Notes under the pieces: generated by a model
The model's input: only the letters and a program-made list of their open reading frames with translations
What the model was told of the DNA's origin: nothing
Database searches by the model: none
Translations under genes and position numbers: made by a program
Shown here: one piece after another, positions 28,154 to 41,207 of the stretch
How the letters are laid out: each line of letters opens with the position of its first letter
Position numbering within the stretch: the stretch's first letter is position 1
Assembly (NCBI GenBank): GCA_973895155.1
Contig: OZ316891.1
Coordinates: 23,185,799 to 23,249,798, forward strand
Length of the DNA: 64,000 bases
From: Marsupella aquatica
Lineage: Eukaryota > Plantae > Marchantiophyta
Reading direction: 5' to 3'

Positions 28154-31100
28154 TACTCATGGATGCAGCTTGCGGACGAGAATCCCCATGATGTCAAATA
28201 TCATCCTCGAGTTGTTTGCCGAATTTTCAAGGGTGACAAGAACTCATTTGTTCAGATTGAGTCGGCGATGCATGTGCTGAATAGGTTTGTTTCTTTTCCT
28301 TCAAGCTCTGAATTGTATATAAAATTCTTTCAGTTCCTCTTGTTAGCGATCTCGCTGACCTGTTTCTTTTGTTCAGGTTGACTCAATGTCACGTTGAGAA
28401 TTCTTGGGTCCTTGAAGCAAAGAGAGTCCAGAAGGTGCTCAGTAATGACCTTTCTGTATACAAAGATATCATTGATGCAGACAACTACAAACTTTTCCAG
28501 TAGAAGATGGCAAATATCAGGAAACCGGCTTGGTATTCGAAGAACATGACACTCGATGCTTGCACGTACATTCTGTCTGCTGCTAATATTGCAGCACAGA
28601 CGGAAGATTTGAAGAAGTTCCAGTTGAAAGAAGCGCAAGGAGAACTTCTTTCAAAAGCTACGCAAGACATGGCAGTGAAAGACATGATGAAGGAGCAACT
28701 AGCAGATTGGAATGTGAAGGTGCCAAAGATTGGACCTATCCTGAATCCTGAGTTTGGTGACTTTTTCCAGAAGTGTGTTGAGATGCACAACTACTGCGAA
28801 CATGAGAGGAAGGAGGCCCAACGAACAGACGATAAAGGAAGGGGTAATGTGTCATGTGGTCTCAATCGTGCGAGGCTATTTATGGGTGTCTTGTCGTTGA
28901 CTCCGCAGCTCAGATGTGTACTCCTCGAGGTACAATGCAGACTTGAGCTTCGCAAGAAGTACTTCCACCCTGGTCAATTCTTGGACAGCGAAACAAAACT
29001 TTGGCTTCATCGATGGGCTGTATGGGAGCAGGTTGAGTCAATTTGTTCTTCGCTCATGTCTGAGATTATTTCAGAGATGATCCCAACTATTCCAGATGCA
29101 AGGATCCTTACTTCCTCTAAGAAGACAAAGCCATCGCTGATCCTTGACATAGAGGAGGACTTTGAAGATTTCCAAACGAGAGTGAAATCTCATTTTTTCA
29201 GACAGATTTGGCCACCAAAGTTGGGTGAGAAGATTGACATCTCACTTTTTCGGAGGAGGGCGAAGAGATATACGTATCATTTTTTTGTGGATAAAGAAGT
29301 TGTTGACAAAACATATTGGTGGTCCTATCCTGCTTGCTTCTCGCCTTGGATAGTAGGAGTGAAAGAGGATCCAACCTCCGTTAAATATGGAGAGTACTCA
29401 ATGTACCCATGTGAGGGAGTGGAGGCTCCAAGGAAGATGAGTGAGTGGGAAGTCCTTCACTGTCCATGGTATTTAGAATCAGACAAATGGACAGTGACAT
29501 TTGACACAGTAGAGAAGGCAACATTTCATATGATAAATCAAGGCTTGATACCAGAGTCGTACATTACAGAGTCCAAATTAGCTCCTGCAGAAGCCGAGGC
29601 TGGTGGATGTGAGGCAATGGAGAAAGTTGTTCTTGGTGTAGCTGCCATTGTCGACCGGAGTAGATCGAGGAGACCTTGGAAGGTGCCGGTGAAGGACCCG
29701 TCCAAGGATGGATCAGTCTTGTCTGGGAAGCAAAGTAAGTCTTTTTCTCCTCTTTTTTTCATACCTCATTCGGAGTAATTTTGTCTCAGTCACCTGTCTG
29801 ACATTAACATGTTTTTCAGAGAAGAGAAAGGCTGCAGCCTCTGGGAGTTTGAAGAGTGGGGCGAATGATGGAGAAGAACCCAAGTCTCTTGATGTTGAGG
29901 TCACAACAAAATCTGCTGTGGACCTGGGTTCAATCAAGCATTTAAAGAGGAAGCGCAATGTCCAAATTCTCTCCGACTCGGATGAGGAGGAAGCATGCGT
30001 CGCGCAAGGAGTAGCACAAATGTGTGGTCTTGAGAAGGACGGTGAGAGGCATTTCTTGGCAAAGAGCAATCTCACGGAAACTGCAAACTCAATTAGCCAG
30101 AGGAAAGTAAGACCTCCCTGGATGGGCGATGCGGATCAGTGGTTGTCTGGAATGAACAAATCGAGCGAACACCCAAACGCCGTGATGATCAATGGAAAAC
30201 ATTACGCTGGAATTGGTGCTCACTTGGGTTTCATATTCCTTCCCACTGGTCATCGAACGAGCGTCACAGACCGGGAGGTCCCAAAGTGGAATGTTTGGAG
30301 TGAGAAATTACCATATTATTTCTTTGGAGTCATGTGTCCGATGCTTGCCAACAATGGTTATGTTGCAGTTCTTCACAGCTCTGACTATAACCATATGAGA
30401 CAAAAAAAATTGCCGTCGAGCAGAAGAACAAATTTAAACATGTCCGGCAATATTCGGTTTTGCTTTCATCTCCTTTGTATCAGGCAGATATGGACATTGA
30501 GGTAAGATATCCTCAATATTTTCGTGCAATTTTTGCTAGCGAGCTCGCTAACCAAAAGTTCCCATTTCTTACATATTCTCGTTTTCAATTCAGGTGGTTA
30601 CTCTCATTATGGATGTCTTTTGCAAGGTGGAATTCTTGGCAAAAGTCCCGAAACATACAGGATATGTTCCAATGACTTCCTCGGAGGATGCCCACCATAA
30701 ATCGATGTTGAGTGTTTGCTACCCAAAAACTGATCCCAATCCCAAGGCGGCTTTTGCAGGTTCCAATAGATTGTCAGTTGGGTTCATGCAAGCCGTAATG
30801 GAGATCCTTACTTTGCCAAAGGACATTGTCATTGACTGGATTGTTGGAGATGGAAGTGCTTTTGCCGCTGGGGAATACGCTGGGAGATTTGTTGTGGGTG
30901 TTGAAGATCGAGACATTCTTCATCTGTGTGCGCAAAAAACTTTGGCAAATGTGTTGGATAGACATGCCCAAAAGTTGAAAGGGGCCGTAGACCCGAAAAA
31001 TGATGATCCCAATGATGAAGGGTTGGATGATGAGTTCACCATCCCAGGAGATGATCAGGGAGGACCTTCAGACGAGAAGGATAAATTCGACCTGGAGTAC

Positions 31101-31553
31101 AGCACTTGGCCTTTGATGTAGAACTCCCTATTTGGTGTTTTTCTTTTGTTTGGAGAATTTTTGGATGTGTAGTATTGATCCAATTCTGGTGATTTCTTCA
31201 GTGATAGGCGTTCGGATTGGTTTTGGAGGAGAGATTCCGCCTTCGGAAAGAAATCGAGGATCATTTTCTTGTGACCCCTGAGAAGGGCCCGGGAGAAGGG
31301 ATTTGCGCTTCCATGCTATGCTGAAAAGACTGCAAAGGAGGTTGATGAAGCGCCCATCATTTTGACTTGGGAGGGGAAAGGTCTGCGGTTAGTGAGGGGT
31401 GTTCGGAAAGCCCTTTACTGCCCTCAGTTCATAGATGATGAGGCTGGGACTGTAGCACAGTATGTTGACAATTCGGCTAAGGAGACTGATAGGGAGTCGA
31501 GTAGCGATCCTAGTAATTCCTCAGATGATTTGGAATCAGAGGATTCTCAATGA
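28154..31553 (+). pseudogene. Copy B: ParB-MTase-like cargo gene (5' part lost)
   Basis: YSWMQLADENPHDVKYHPRVVCRIFKG aligns with copy A; intron positions are shared. C-terminus LSVGFMQAVMEILTLPKDIVIDWIVGDGSAFAAGEYAGRFVVGVE. Last exon WEGKGLRLVRG corresponds to WETKGLRLRRG in A. Confidence 0.75.
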
Positions 31554-32309
31554 CTCATGGTCAATTTCAGATGCAATCTCATTCCAGAAGATATTTGTCA
31601 TACCAAAGTTTTATAAAAGATGGATTGTGAAAGGTTTTTTGACCTGGTTTTGTTCATAGTGATGATGCCTTTTCATTCTATTCAGTGTAGTGAAGATCTC
31701 AATTTTTGCGTTTGTGAATATTTAAGTATTTGCATTTTTGTTTTCCGTAATTGTTTCACAATATATATCGACAATCTTACTTGGGAATCCGCCTGAACTA
31801 CCCTGAAGTTACGCACAAACTTGCCTCGCTATCCTGCTATCCTTGCTAGCAAAACTCATGTTTTCTCGCACAATAGAATACCTCCATTTTGGTCGCATCA
31901 GTCATTACAAACATTATACAAAATGACGCAAAAGTGAACATTTTGTCATTTCAGTCTATTGGTCATTGTGGACAGTCATTCTCCTGTCATTCTTTTTGTG
32001 TCATTAGAAATTTTGGTCATTTATTCATCTCCATCATTGAACACAGTGATGGACCAAACAAGAAGTGTGACCACCCTTCTCGTTTTGCCCGATCACAAAA
32101 TCGCAGCTAAGTAAAGAAATCTCCGATACAAAACGCCCATGAGTGAGAATATCGTTTGTTTTGGAGTCTTGAAAGTGAAGAGCGATACGCGGATCGCTCT
32201 TTGCATTGCGCAACCAAACAATTAAAAAAATCCACTTGAGGCGGTAAATTGCATAAACTGCGTGGTTGACTACGAAACTTAACCCATGGTTAATGTGATC
32301 CTAGAGGAC

Positions 32310-32675
32310 GACAAATACCGGTATTGTTATGTTTATTGGATTGGTATTCAAGGTTGTCGGGAGAAAAAGCTATACCGGTATCACGGTCTCTATTGGAGTG
32401 ATGTTTACAGGTGGTCAAGGAGGAAGAGAGATACCGGTATCGTGGTCTGTATTGGAGTGGTGTTTACAAGTGGTCAAGGAGGAAGAGAGATACCGGTATC
32501 GCGGTCTGTATTGGAGTGGTGTTTACAGTTGGTCAAGGAGGAAGAGCGATACCAGTATCGCGGTCTGTATTGGAGTGGTGTTTATAGGTGGTCAAGGAGG
32601 AAGAGCGATACCAGTATCGCGGACTGTATTTGAGTGAGGATTACAGGTGAACCGGGAGGAAGAGCGACACCGGTT
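32310..32675. repeat. ~59-bp tandem repeat (5-6 units), each with the palindrome GATACCGGTATC or a variant
   Basis: Unit GAGATACCGGTATCGCGGTCTGTATTGGAGTGGTGTTTACAGGTGGTCAAGGAGGAAGA. Confidence 0.9.
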
Positions 32676-33323
32676 TGCTAGAGGAAGGACTAAGAAATGA
32701 GTCCGGAACAATTACAAATGGACATTGCCATTTGTATTCTTGTTTCAACGTTGACAATGGAATTTTGCATACTACGTGGTGCACTGTGAGGTAACTTCAG
32801 CTGACTGTGTGGTGAACTTTGATGTAAAAAAATATTAGAATGTGGTAAATATTTCAAAACCTTCGTTTTATGAAAGAAACGACAAACAAATTTGAATGGA
32901 ATTCGAGGAGCGATACCGGTATCAGAATAGTTTTGTTTTCTTGATCTATTTTCCTTGTAACCAAAATTTCTATTTTCAAAATCTAACCAAAATGGAAATA
33001 TTTATGGGTTCTATTGTCGCAATGAAAATATTTGAAGTTAGTGAGGATATTGAAATTCACAATTTGGGATGAAGCCATCATTCCTTGCAAAGTTGGGAAC
33101 GATATGAATTAGTTGGTTTTGCAAAAATCTCTGATTTTGCGAGAAATGTGTTGGGCACATTGTGAAAATTGGCGAAAATCAATCAAAATTGAAAACACCC
33201 TTCTCCATTAGGCGTCACACTTCTCGTTTGGTCCGTCATCGTGTTATTGGGTGATTGGTCATAAAGGGCCCTATTGTCCTGGGTGTTGTTTGGCCATCAC
33301 TTGATGAGCGTAGTAAACATATC

Positions 33324-36300
33324 TGTGATGCCTAGCCAGGAATCACTAGCCCGGTTTACATGGTAAAGCAAGAGTGTACCCTGGAAACACCTTAGTATAG
33401 GAACAAAAACAAGGAAATTATAAACAATTAAGGGTGACTATGGAACCCGGGCCGAGGCCGGAAGTAAGGACGTTGGGGGAGAGAACACAATTAGGGTTAG
33501 GGCGCGCTAAGCGTCGGCGGCTAAGGGTGACCAACGGGAGGGAAGACCAGAGGAGGAGAGGGGTAAGGACCGCTCACAAGGAATAGTGGCTCATTTGCAA
33601 GAACAAACTGGGCAGACGACTACGGGAGGACAAATGTTGTCAGTTGCTTAGGCAAGCACTCGAGGTGGGAACAGATACCAACGATCGACTCAAGGAGGCT
33701 ATGAGCAACGTCAATCAAGCGGCACATTTTTGGGGATGCCTGTTCAAACGGGCAGGTGAGTACGTCAGGACTTATGAGGACAAAGAATTGGAGAGAGCAG
33801 CTTGAGAACGGCAGGAGCTTGCTTGGCTCTGGGAACTGCAGAAGACGGCTTTCTTAGGAGGAGAACTTATCAAGGCCGAGTTCTTGTGGACTCCTACTGC
33901 CAATCAGCTCGATGACCTTCTGTTTTGCGAAAACAGAATCGTCGGCATCCGGGAAGCCATCAATCGCTGCAATGACTTACACTGGGAGTTGAAAGGTAAC
34001 ACAAAGGGGGTGGACGAAGGCAACCTTGCTAGGAGAAACATCCACGGCAGCCGAGATGAAGAGGAAAGGAAACAACAACGAAGAGGCCACCCCGTGTGGG
34101 ATGGCTCAGTGTCAGCTAGTGTAGAGAAACATGACATTCTTTCGTTTAGAAGAAGAAATAGTTAGGGAAAAAGTTTTAGTGCTATCAGAGTAGCTAGGTT
34201 TAGGGCACTTAAGTAAGAAGGGAAGCTTAGTAGAGGTAAGAGGGAATTTTAGTTATGCAAAGTTATCTAGGGGTAAGCAAGTTACTATAGGAGGGGCAGG
34301 AAACTAGTTCCGTCCTTAGTTATAATAGGCGACTAAGTCGGGACCGAAAAATGACCCGACACCGGACATCTTATTTTTGGCTGATATTTCTCCCATGGGT
34401 GCTGGGAGGTCCCTAGGGAACCCTGAAAAAGTATGAAGTCAAGTGGGGTCTTAACCTAGGAGTTATAAGTATTTTGGCAAAAATCAAAGTTACCAAATAG
34501 CGGGTCCCGGGAAAAATAGCTGATGGGTAAATGTAGGGGTTCCAAGTTTGGAAGTGGGTTAAGTATGGTCCCCTCTATCCCTAGAAACTTGTGGGACAAC
34601 TTTGTCACACTTGGTTACTTTTTGGGAGCATCTCAAAGTTGAGAAGAATTTTGGAAGACATAAAGACTTGACCCTCTTTGCCTAATTTTAGAAAAGTTGT
34701 TATAGGGTTTTGTTTATATCTTAGTAAACCCGGACATAGTCCTATGTCCATAGAATCAGTGGAGCTACTCAGAAGTCCTTTTGGACTTATGTGTGAGTTT
34801 TGGAGGGGGGTCCAAAATCGCCCCAAAATGCTGTTTTTCCAAAAAAAAATGTATTTTTTTCTAAGTGTAAACCGCGTGGGCGGCGATCACGCGGCGAGCA
34901 CGAGGCAAGGAGGAGCAAGCACGAGGCTGGTGAGGACGTCAAGCACCGGGAGGCTGTCCAAAGGTGCTGCATGATTACTTGAGGAATCAATTGAGCACAA
35001 GGGCGGCTGAATTGAAGGAAGGGCGGCTGAATTGAAATGGCTGCTGCTGATTGAATAAGCAAGGGCTGTTGCTGATTGAAGAAGCTATGGCTGCTGAGAA
35101 GGAAAAGAGCTATGGCTGCAAATTAGGATCGCTGCTGGCTTTGAATTGGGAAGGCTGCTTGCTGCTATGACAGCTGCACACTAGATTAGAGGTGCTCCTA
35201 CTAATCAGGCACGAGATGCTCATGAGAATTGGCTGGCTGCTGCCTTGATGCTGCTGAATTGAATGATGCTGCTGCTAGCTGCGAAATTGCAAAGGTGGGC
35301 AGCTACGAAATTGAGAAGAGAGACCTGCTTGACTGAGAAGGAATCAAGCTATGGTTGCTGCTGCTGTGCTTCAAATCTGCTGTTGTTGTGCTGTAAATGC
35401 GCTGATGTGACTGTGCTGCTAGCTGCGAAATTGACTGTGTTGCTAGCGGCAAAATTGAAGAGGTGGGCTAGCTGCGAAATTGACTAGGCTGGCTGTGAGC
35501 TATGGTGGCTGTGAAATTGAGGGGCTGGCGGCTGATCAGCTGGACTGCTGCACAAGAAAGAATCCAATAGAGAATGCTGTGGTTTTAGATTGAATTCACG
35601 AGAGAGAAATGGCTGCAAACATTGCTGTCCTTACAATTTCTTCATAAGAAACATGAGTATAATGAGAGTGCTCTCCCCTCATGACACGTGGAATCCCCAT
35701 AAGGGGCATGTAAGGTAAGTGTAATCGGGCCGCCGCTTACACCCGCTTTACACCAAAAACAGGCCTTGGGAGAATGGGCATAACTTTGGCTAGAGGTATC
35801 CGTTGGGGCCCAAATTTTTTTGTGCTGAGTTAGGGGAAGATAAGGCACCCCCTGGTGAAGGTGGAACCCCAGAAAAGTAATCACTCAAATATATTTTTAA
35901 CCGAGGCCACGAGGGAGTCCCGACAACTTGCAAACCAAAGTCGGCATAGGGGAATGAATACCAGATTTAGGGGCTGACCTTTCTTGCACCCATACCACTT
36001 GAGTTAGGCTCTAGAGAAGGGTACTTACCTTTGGCCAAAGGTGTAAGGCCATCAAGTTAAGAAAAGTAAATATAGGGGGTAGTTTACTTAGGGTAGTAAA
36101 GGGGTTACAAGTAAAATAAGGCCAACTTTGACTAGGCACAACTTGAGACTCACTCACTCTTTTTGCGAGCTTTCAAGTGGGTTGGTAAGCTGGTGAGGAG
36201 GACCATAAGTGGGAGTAGGTTTGGAAGTCAAAGCATACCACTCATGTGTGGCATATTCCAGGGCTTGGAAGGAGGCAAAATAGCAAGTAGTAGGGTGGGC

Positions 36301-39300
36301 TATGAACTATAGAGTTGGACTTTGTGTGTTAGGAGGACTTGGGGGAGGTATAGTTGGACCCCAGGTCAAGCTTGGTGTGATGTGGAAGGAGATAGTATAT
36401 AAGGAGGAAGTTTTCATTTGTTAGGGACCGGGAGTCTCATCTCTTAAGTGAAATCTCTACCTTGCCAAGGTAGGGCTAAGCTTGAGAAAGGAGAGGTGGT
36501 CCATGCTTAGTGTGGAGAATGTGTAGTGAACTTTTGTTGTAAAGGTGATGCAATAAAAGGAGACTTACCAATCTTCATTGTGACCATTAAGTGTGAGTGC
36601 ATTTGAAGTATATGAGAGCAAGAGAAGAGTCCATGCTATGGTATAATCTTGGTCTAAGCTTGAAGGGGATGTGCTAGTACAAAACCAAGGCCAAGGAGGC
36701 AAGGTTAAGGTATAGCATTACTTTGAGACTTAGAGAGGATTATAGCTTGAGGGTGGAAAGTACTTTGCTTGGTGTGTGGTGTTAACAAGAAGTAAGAACA
36801 AGAGGAAGAGTCCTTAGATAGAGGAGCCTTCTCTAGGGCTCAAAGGGGATGTGTGGACCCAAACCAAGGCCAGGGGGGCAAGGTTGAGGGGTAACACTAC
36901 TTTGAGGGTCTTGAGGAGACTTAAGCTTGAAGAGGAAAGTACTTTGGGTTCTTGGGTGTTTGTGTGAGAATCTACTCTAAGGTGACAGCTTGGAGCGGAG
37001 ATCCCCCTTGCTGATCCTTGGAGTAGAGGAGAGGGGAAGGGGTGAGTACAAAAGTAGTCAAGGGGACTACCTCTCTAGAAGTGGAGAGTTGAAACTACTT
37101 ATGTATGGAGTGATTGGACATTGTAAGCACACTTCAGAAGTTTTGTCAATCCTTTGTGACCCTGGTATGACATGGAGCAGGTATTAGGTAGTCTTTTGGG
37201 GAGAAAAGCCGCTTAAGCTCCTTGGCAAGTGTTTGACACCCCGGCAAAAAGAACGAGGTCGATGGTACCTAGGAAGCCAGTAGAGCAGCAGAGCAGGACA
37301 AGGGGAGACGCCAAAGAGGAAGAGGTTGATCCCATCAAGGCCATTCCAACAAACGATGACATCTGGAAAGGCTGGGCGGCAACCCTACCGGAGGAAGTGC
37401 AATTACACTTTGCACAGGAGGAGGATGCATGTTTTACGGCCATGCAGACCAAGAAGTACCAAGGCTTCATGGCCGGATCCGGCTTGGAAGCCTTTGTAAG
37501 ATTACCATGGCTGAAGCCGGAGGTGCCGGACTTAGACTTATTAGAATTCGTGGGATCATGGGAACCCGAGACCAATTCCACGAGGGTGTATGGGAAGGAT
37601 TTCTATCTCACTCCCCGGGTGATTGCTGAGGTGTTTGGCTTGCCGATGGGTAATAAGACCAAGGTTGATACCAGGAAGACCTTACCTGACAAGGAGTTCT
37701 GGTCGTTCCCATGACCATCAACAAAGAATGGCTTCTTCCGGAACACTTGCACCAACCCGCACATCGGAGAGATGATCGATTTCTTGCGGGTCACCATGCA
37801 CTGTAACTTGCCGAGGGCAGAGATCGGCAAGGCTCAGGTCTACCTAGCAGAAAGGCCACACCCAAGCCGGGATTACAACGGGTACCTCCTCAACCAACTG
37901 AAGAAGATCTTGAAGGAGGAACAACAGGTGATCGGCGTAGGAAGCGTGTCTCGGCTTGGCTATCACATGCTGCTGTTGTGCCAGTATGCCAGAAGTCAAA
38001 TCTTTGCCCCAGTACTTCCCCTATTGGCAAGGGCACCGGAGGAGGTTCCGGAGCAAGGGCTGGCACCAGAGAAGCCCAACCAGCCTGACAGTCTGACGAT
38101 CGAGCAGGTGTTTAGGACAAGGAAAGAAGACTTGCCGATGCAGCAACCAGGCATGCAAAATCTGCTGAAATTGCTGGAGAAGGAAAAGAGAACGGTTCCG
38201 GCAACGGCAACGGTTCTGGCAACGGCACCGATATAGGACGCTGCCCCAGAGGTCGGCCTAAGCCAACTCAGAAAGGAAGATCCCTTTACCGGAGCCAAGG
38301 AGACCAGGAGGCCAGAACACAAGCCGGGAGTGCGAATGTATGTGGGAGCCTCAAGCCCCGAATCAGAGGGAGAGCAGCCTAAGGCTCCTTCCCGCGCAGA
38401 GCAGAGGGAGACGACAGCCTAGAAACCAGAGGAACTAGAGGCCATTTTCACGACTGGACCAGGGGAACAAAGGGAGAAGCCGGGAGTCCCAATAGTGGAG
38501 GAGGCGGTGGAGGACTACAGCAATGATAACTCTGGCTATGGGTCGGATCATCATGTTCAAGGAGTAAGGACCTGTGGCCAATTTATCCCTACGCTTCCAA
38601 GAGTAGTTTGAGGGGACCCCACCCAGCAGAGTAGCCCCGAGTCTCCCCACCAGAGATTGCTCCCCCAAGCTTTGACGGCATAAAGCAGACGGCACAAGAA
38701 TTTCAGGAGCGACTTAGGGAGGAAGAAAAAGCAGCCTTGGCTAAGGAGAATGATTTACCAGGAGGAGATTGGCCGGAGGACATCAGGCGGCTTGCCGAAA
38801 AAAGAAGCAACCCTCTTGCCACCATTGAAGAAATCCGCAAGGCGGCTTGGGAGCGGAGGCCGCGATGGTTGATGCCGATGACTTCTAGTTACTCCACCTA
38901 TGCTAAGGATAGAGCCATGGAGTACGGGGAGATGTGTGGGGACCTGGCACTCAGCATCTTTGGGGAGGAGTTGGAGCAGGGACCCTTTTTCTAGAGGGAG
39001 ATGTTGGAAAAGCATCAATTAGAAGAAGCGGTGGCTTTGGAGAGAAGCAAGAAGGACGAGGTCATCCGACGGCTTAGGGAGAAGGAAGCCAAGGTGGAAG
39101 TCCTGCAGGTGGCCAAGAAAGCCCAAGATGAGCTACGGATTAAGCGGCATGAGCTAAACATCATGCATGGGCAGTTGGATACCGCTCAGTCTGACAATCA
39201 GATTATCAAAGATAAACTGACTCGGACCCAAGGAGAGTTGGCTGGCGCAGTCAAAGAAAGAGAGAAATGGAAGCGAGAGCTAAGGGATGCAGAGGAGGCC

Positions 39301-41202
39301 CACTTAGCAACCAACAATCGGGCAATGGCAAAGAACCAGAGAAGGGAGAGGGCGTTGAAAGGAGAGCTCAAAGATATCCGCGGAGCCCTTGAGCAGAAGG
39401 AAGCAGAGTTAGGGAAATCCTATCAAGGGATTATTGCGCTGTAGCAGGAGCTTGCATCCCTAACGGCCAGCTTCAAGGCTCACCTACATGAAAAGGACGA
39501 CCAGCTCGACCAGACTTATGCCAAGATGAATAAGATGGAGTCTGTGGTTGTAGCAGAGCTCGACAAGGAGCTAAGAGCAACCCAGGAGGAGAGGGCCACC
39601 TTAAAGAAAGAATTGGAGGAAGCCAACAAGGAGTTGGAGGAGGCGTGCAAGGACCTGGACGAGACCCATGAGGAGTTGGAGGAAATCACAAGGAAGATGG
39701 AGAACCTACAGCGGCGGGCCGACAACCAAACGGAGCGGCTGAAGACACAAGCCGCAGTATTTAAATGCTTGGCTTCATCAGATCCAACTCCAATTGGGGG
39801 AACCCAGTTACCAAGGGTAGTATTGGCCGCAGGACAAGCCGAAACACTCACCCCGGTGCCGAAGGTAAGTGGCAAAGGGAAGGAACCGGCTGTCGAAATA
39901 GGGAAGAAGAAGAAGCAGAAACCTTCTAGGTCTGGGAGTTATACGGCTTCTCAAGCCGTTGTGACCGAGAAGATAAACCTGACACCAATCTTCGGCATCG
40001 GCACGGCGATGGATCCACCAGTCCTAGGAAGTGGAGATGGCAAGGCTGAGGTCGGGAGAACCAGTAATGATGTTGATGTACCGGATCCTCCACTAGAACA
40101 TGTCGGGGAGGCCGTAGTCGTATCGGAGGCCGTGACCAATGCTGAGGCCGAAGCCAAGGGTGGACCCAGTCAGGCCAATGAAGAGTTGACTCGGTCAAGG
40201 GCAGGTAATCTGTCAGAAGATGGACCAATGATAGTGGCTGCGGAGGAAGCGTTGGGGGCGTCCATTGAGAACCAGCCACCGGTGTCGTGACGGTGTAAGG
40301 GCGCCGTCCCTTTTAGGGAAGGCGGACGTGGAGGTAGGAGGCGTGAGTGAGCAGGGCGGGCGCTAATCTCCAAGTTTGGACTTAGGATCAGGACCAGGAG
40401 ACGGCCCTGACATTTAGATTAGTGGGATTTTGGATCCACGGGTGAGGGCAACACTTGTGCTCCTGCCTCGCTGTACATAGGTAGATTACAGTCAGGTAGA
40501 TTACAGTAGGTAGATTAGGCTTACGCTGCAAGGAATCAGGCGGATCCACGACCAGGATAAGTACTTGGGCTACGGGGAGTTTAGGGCCTCTTCTTTAGCA
40601 AGTTTTTAGTTGCACCAGCAGGGCTGGGATCAAGTAGTAAGAGAAGCTCTGGGTTAGTTATACAGTGACTCTTGTGTATATTCATGTTTCCTCATACCTA
40701 AGAACTGAATAGAGTTGGCCTCACGGCTTAGTTCGCAGAGCTTGTGTATGAGATGTACTATTTGTATTGCAAGTGCATGGTATAACTCAGTCAGAAGGAG
40801 TCATTTTGCTATTTGTGTGTCGCATTAACTTGTGTGAAGAGTGCCCACACCAACAAGTAGAAGGGAAGTAAGCAAGGGAGTGAGAGTTGGATGTGTCGAG
40901 CTGAGAGAGGTCTTAGTGGCTTAACCAAACCAATTGGGGATCATTCCGGCGGCAAAATCCAAATATACCTGACCAACAGGAGGGAAAGACAAGAGAAGGT
41001 CTAGATTAGGCCAACTGCATATCTCATGACCTGATGAAGAATCTATCCAGTATATGTGTGTAAAATGTTAATAGTAGTAGTAGGAAGTTAGTAGCATCCC
41101 ATGCCGCTAAACCGCGGAAATGGCCTCGCCGAGCACGAAACCTGTGGGAATCGGCTTGTGCGGGGGGTTTCTTGGGTTTGGGGAGCCATGGGAAGCACCA
41201 CA
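33324..41202 (+). mobile_element. 7.9-kb TG...CA insertion with 5-bp TSD (giant solo-LTR-like or non-autonomous element)
   Basis: Termini TGTGATG...CACCACA; TSD ATATC at 33319-33323 and 41203-41207. Removing it restores HLREQMSHR-YVYYAHQVMAKQHP in the flanking transposase. Confidence 0.85.
37229..40290 (+). pseudogene. Retroelement accessory ORF: plant-mobile-domain/Transposase_32-like N-terminus plus long coiled coil; several stops
   Basis: SGLEAFVRLPW...LLEFVGSWE...VYGKDFYLTPRVIAEVFGLP, followed by an E/K/L heptad-rich region. Confidence 0.55.
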
Positions 41203-41207
41203 ATATC

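Noticed and set aside
32310-32675. CRISPR-like array
   Set aside because: The units are contiguous tandem repeats with no unique spacers, the context is eukaryotic, and there are no cas genes.
21845-41202. Segmental duplication or two LTRs of a single retrotransposon
   Set aside because: The second copy has its own TSD (ATATC), the right flanks differ, and the DNA between the copies has no gag-pol.
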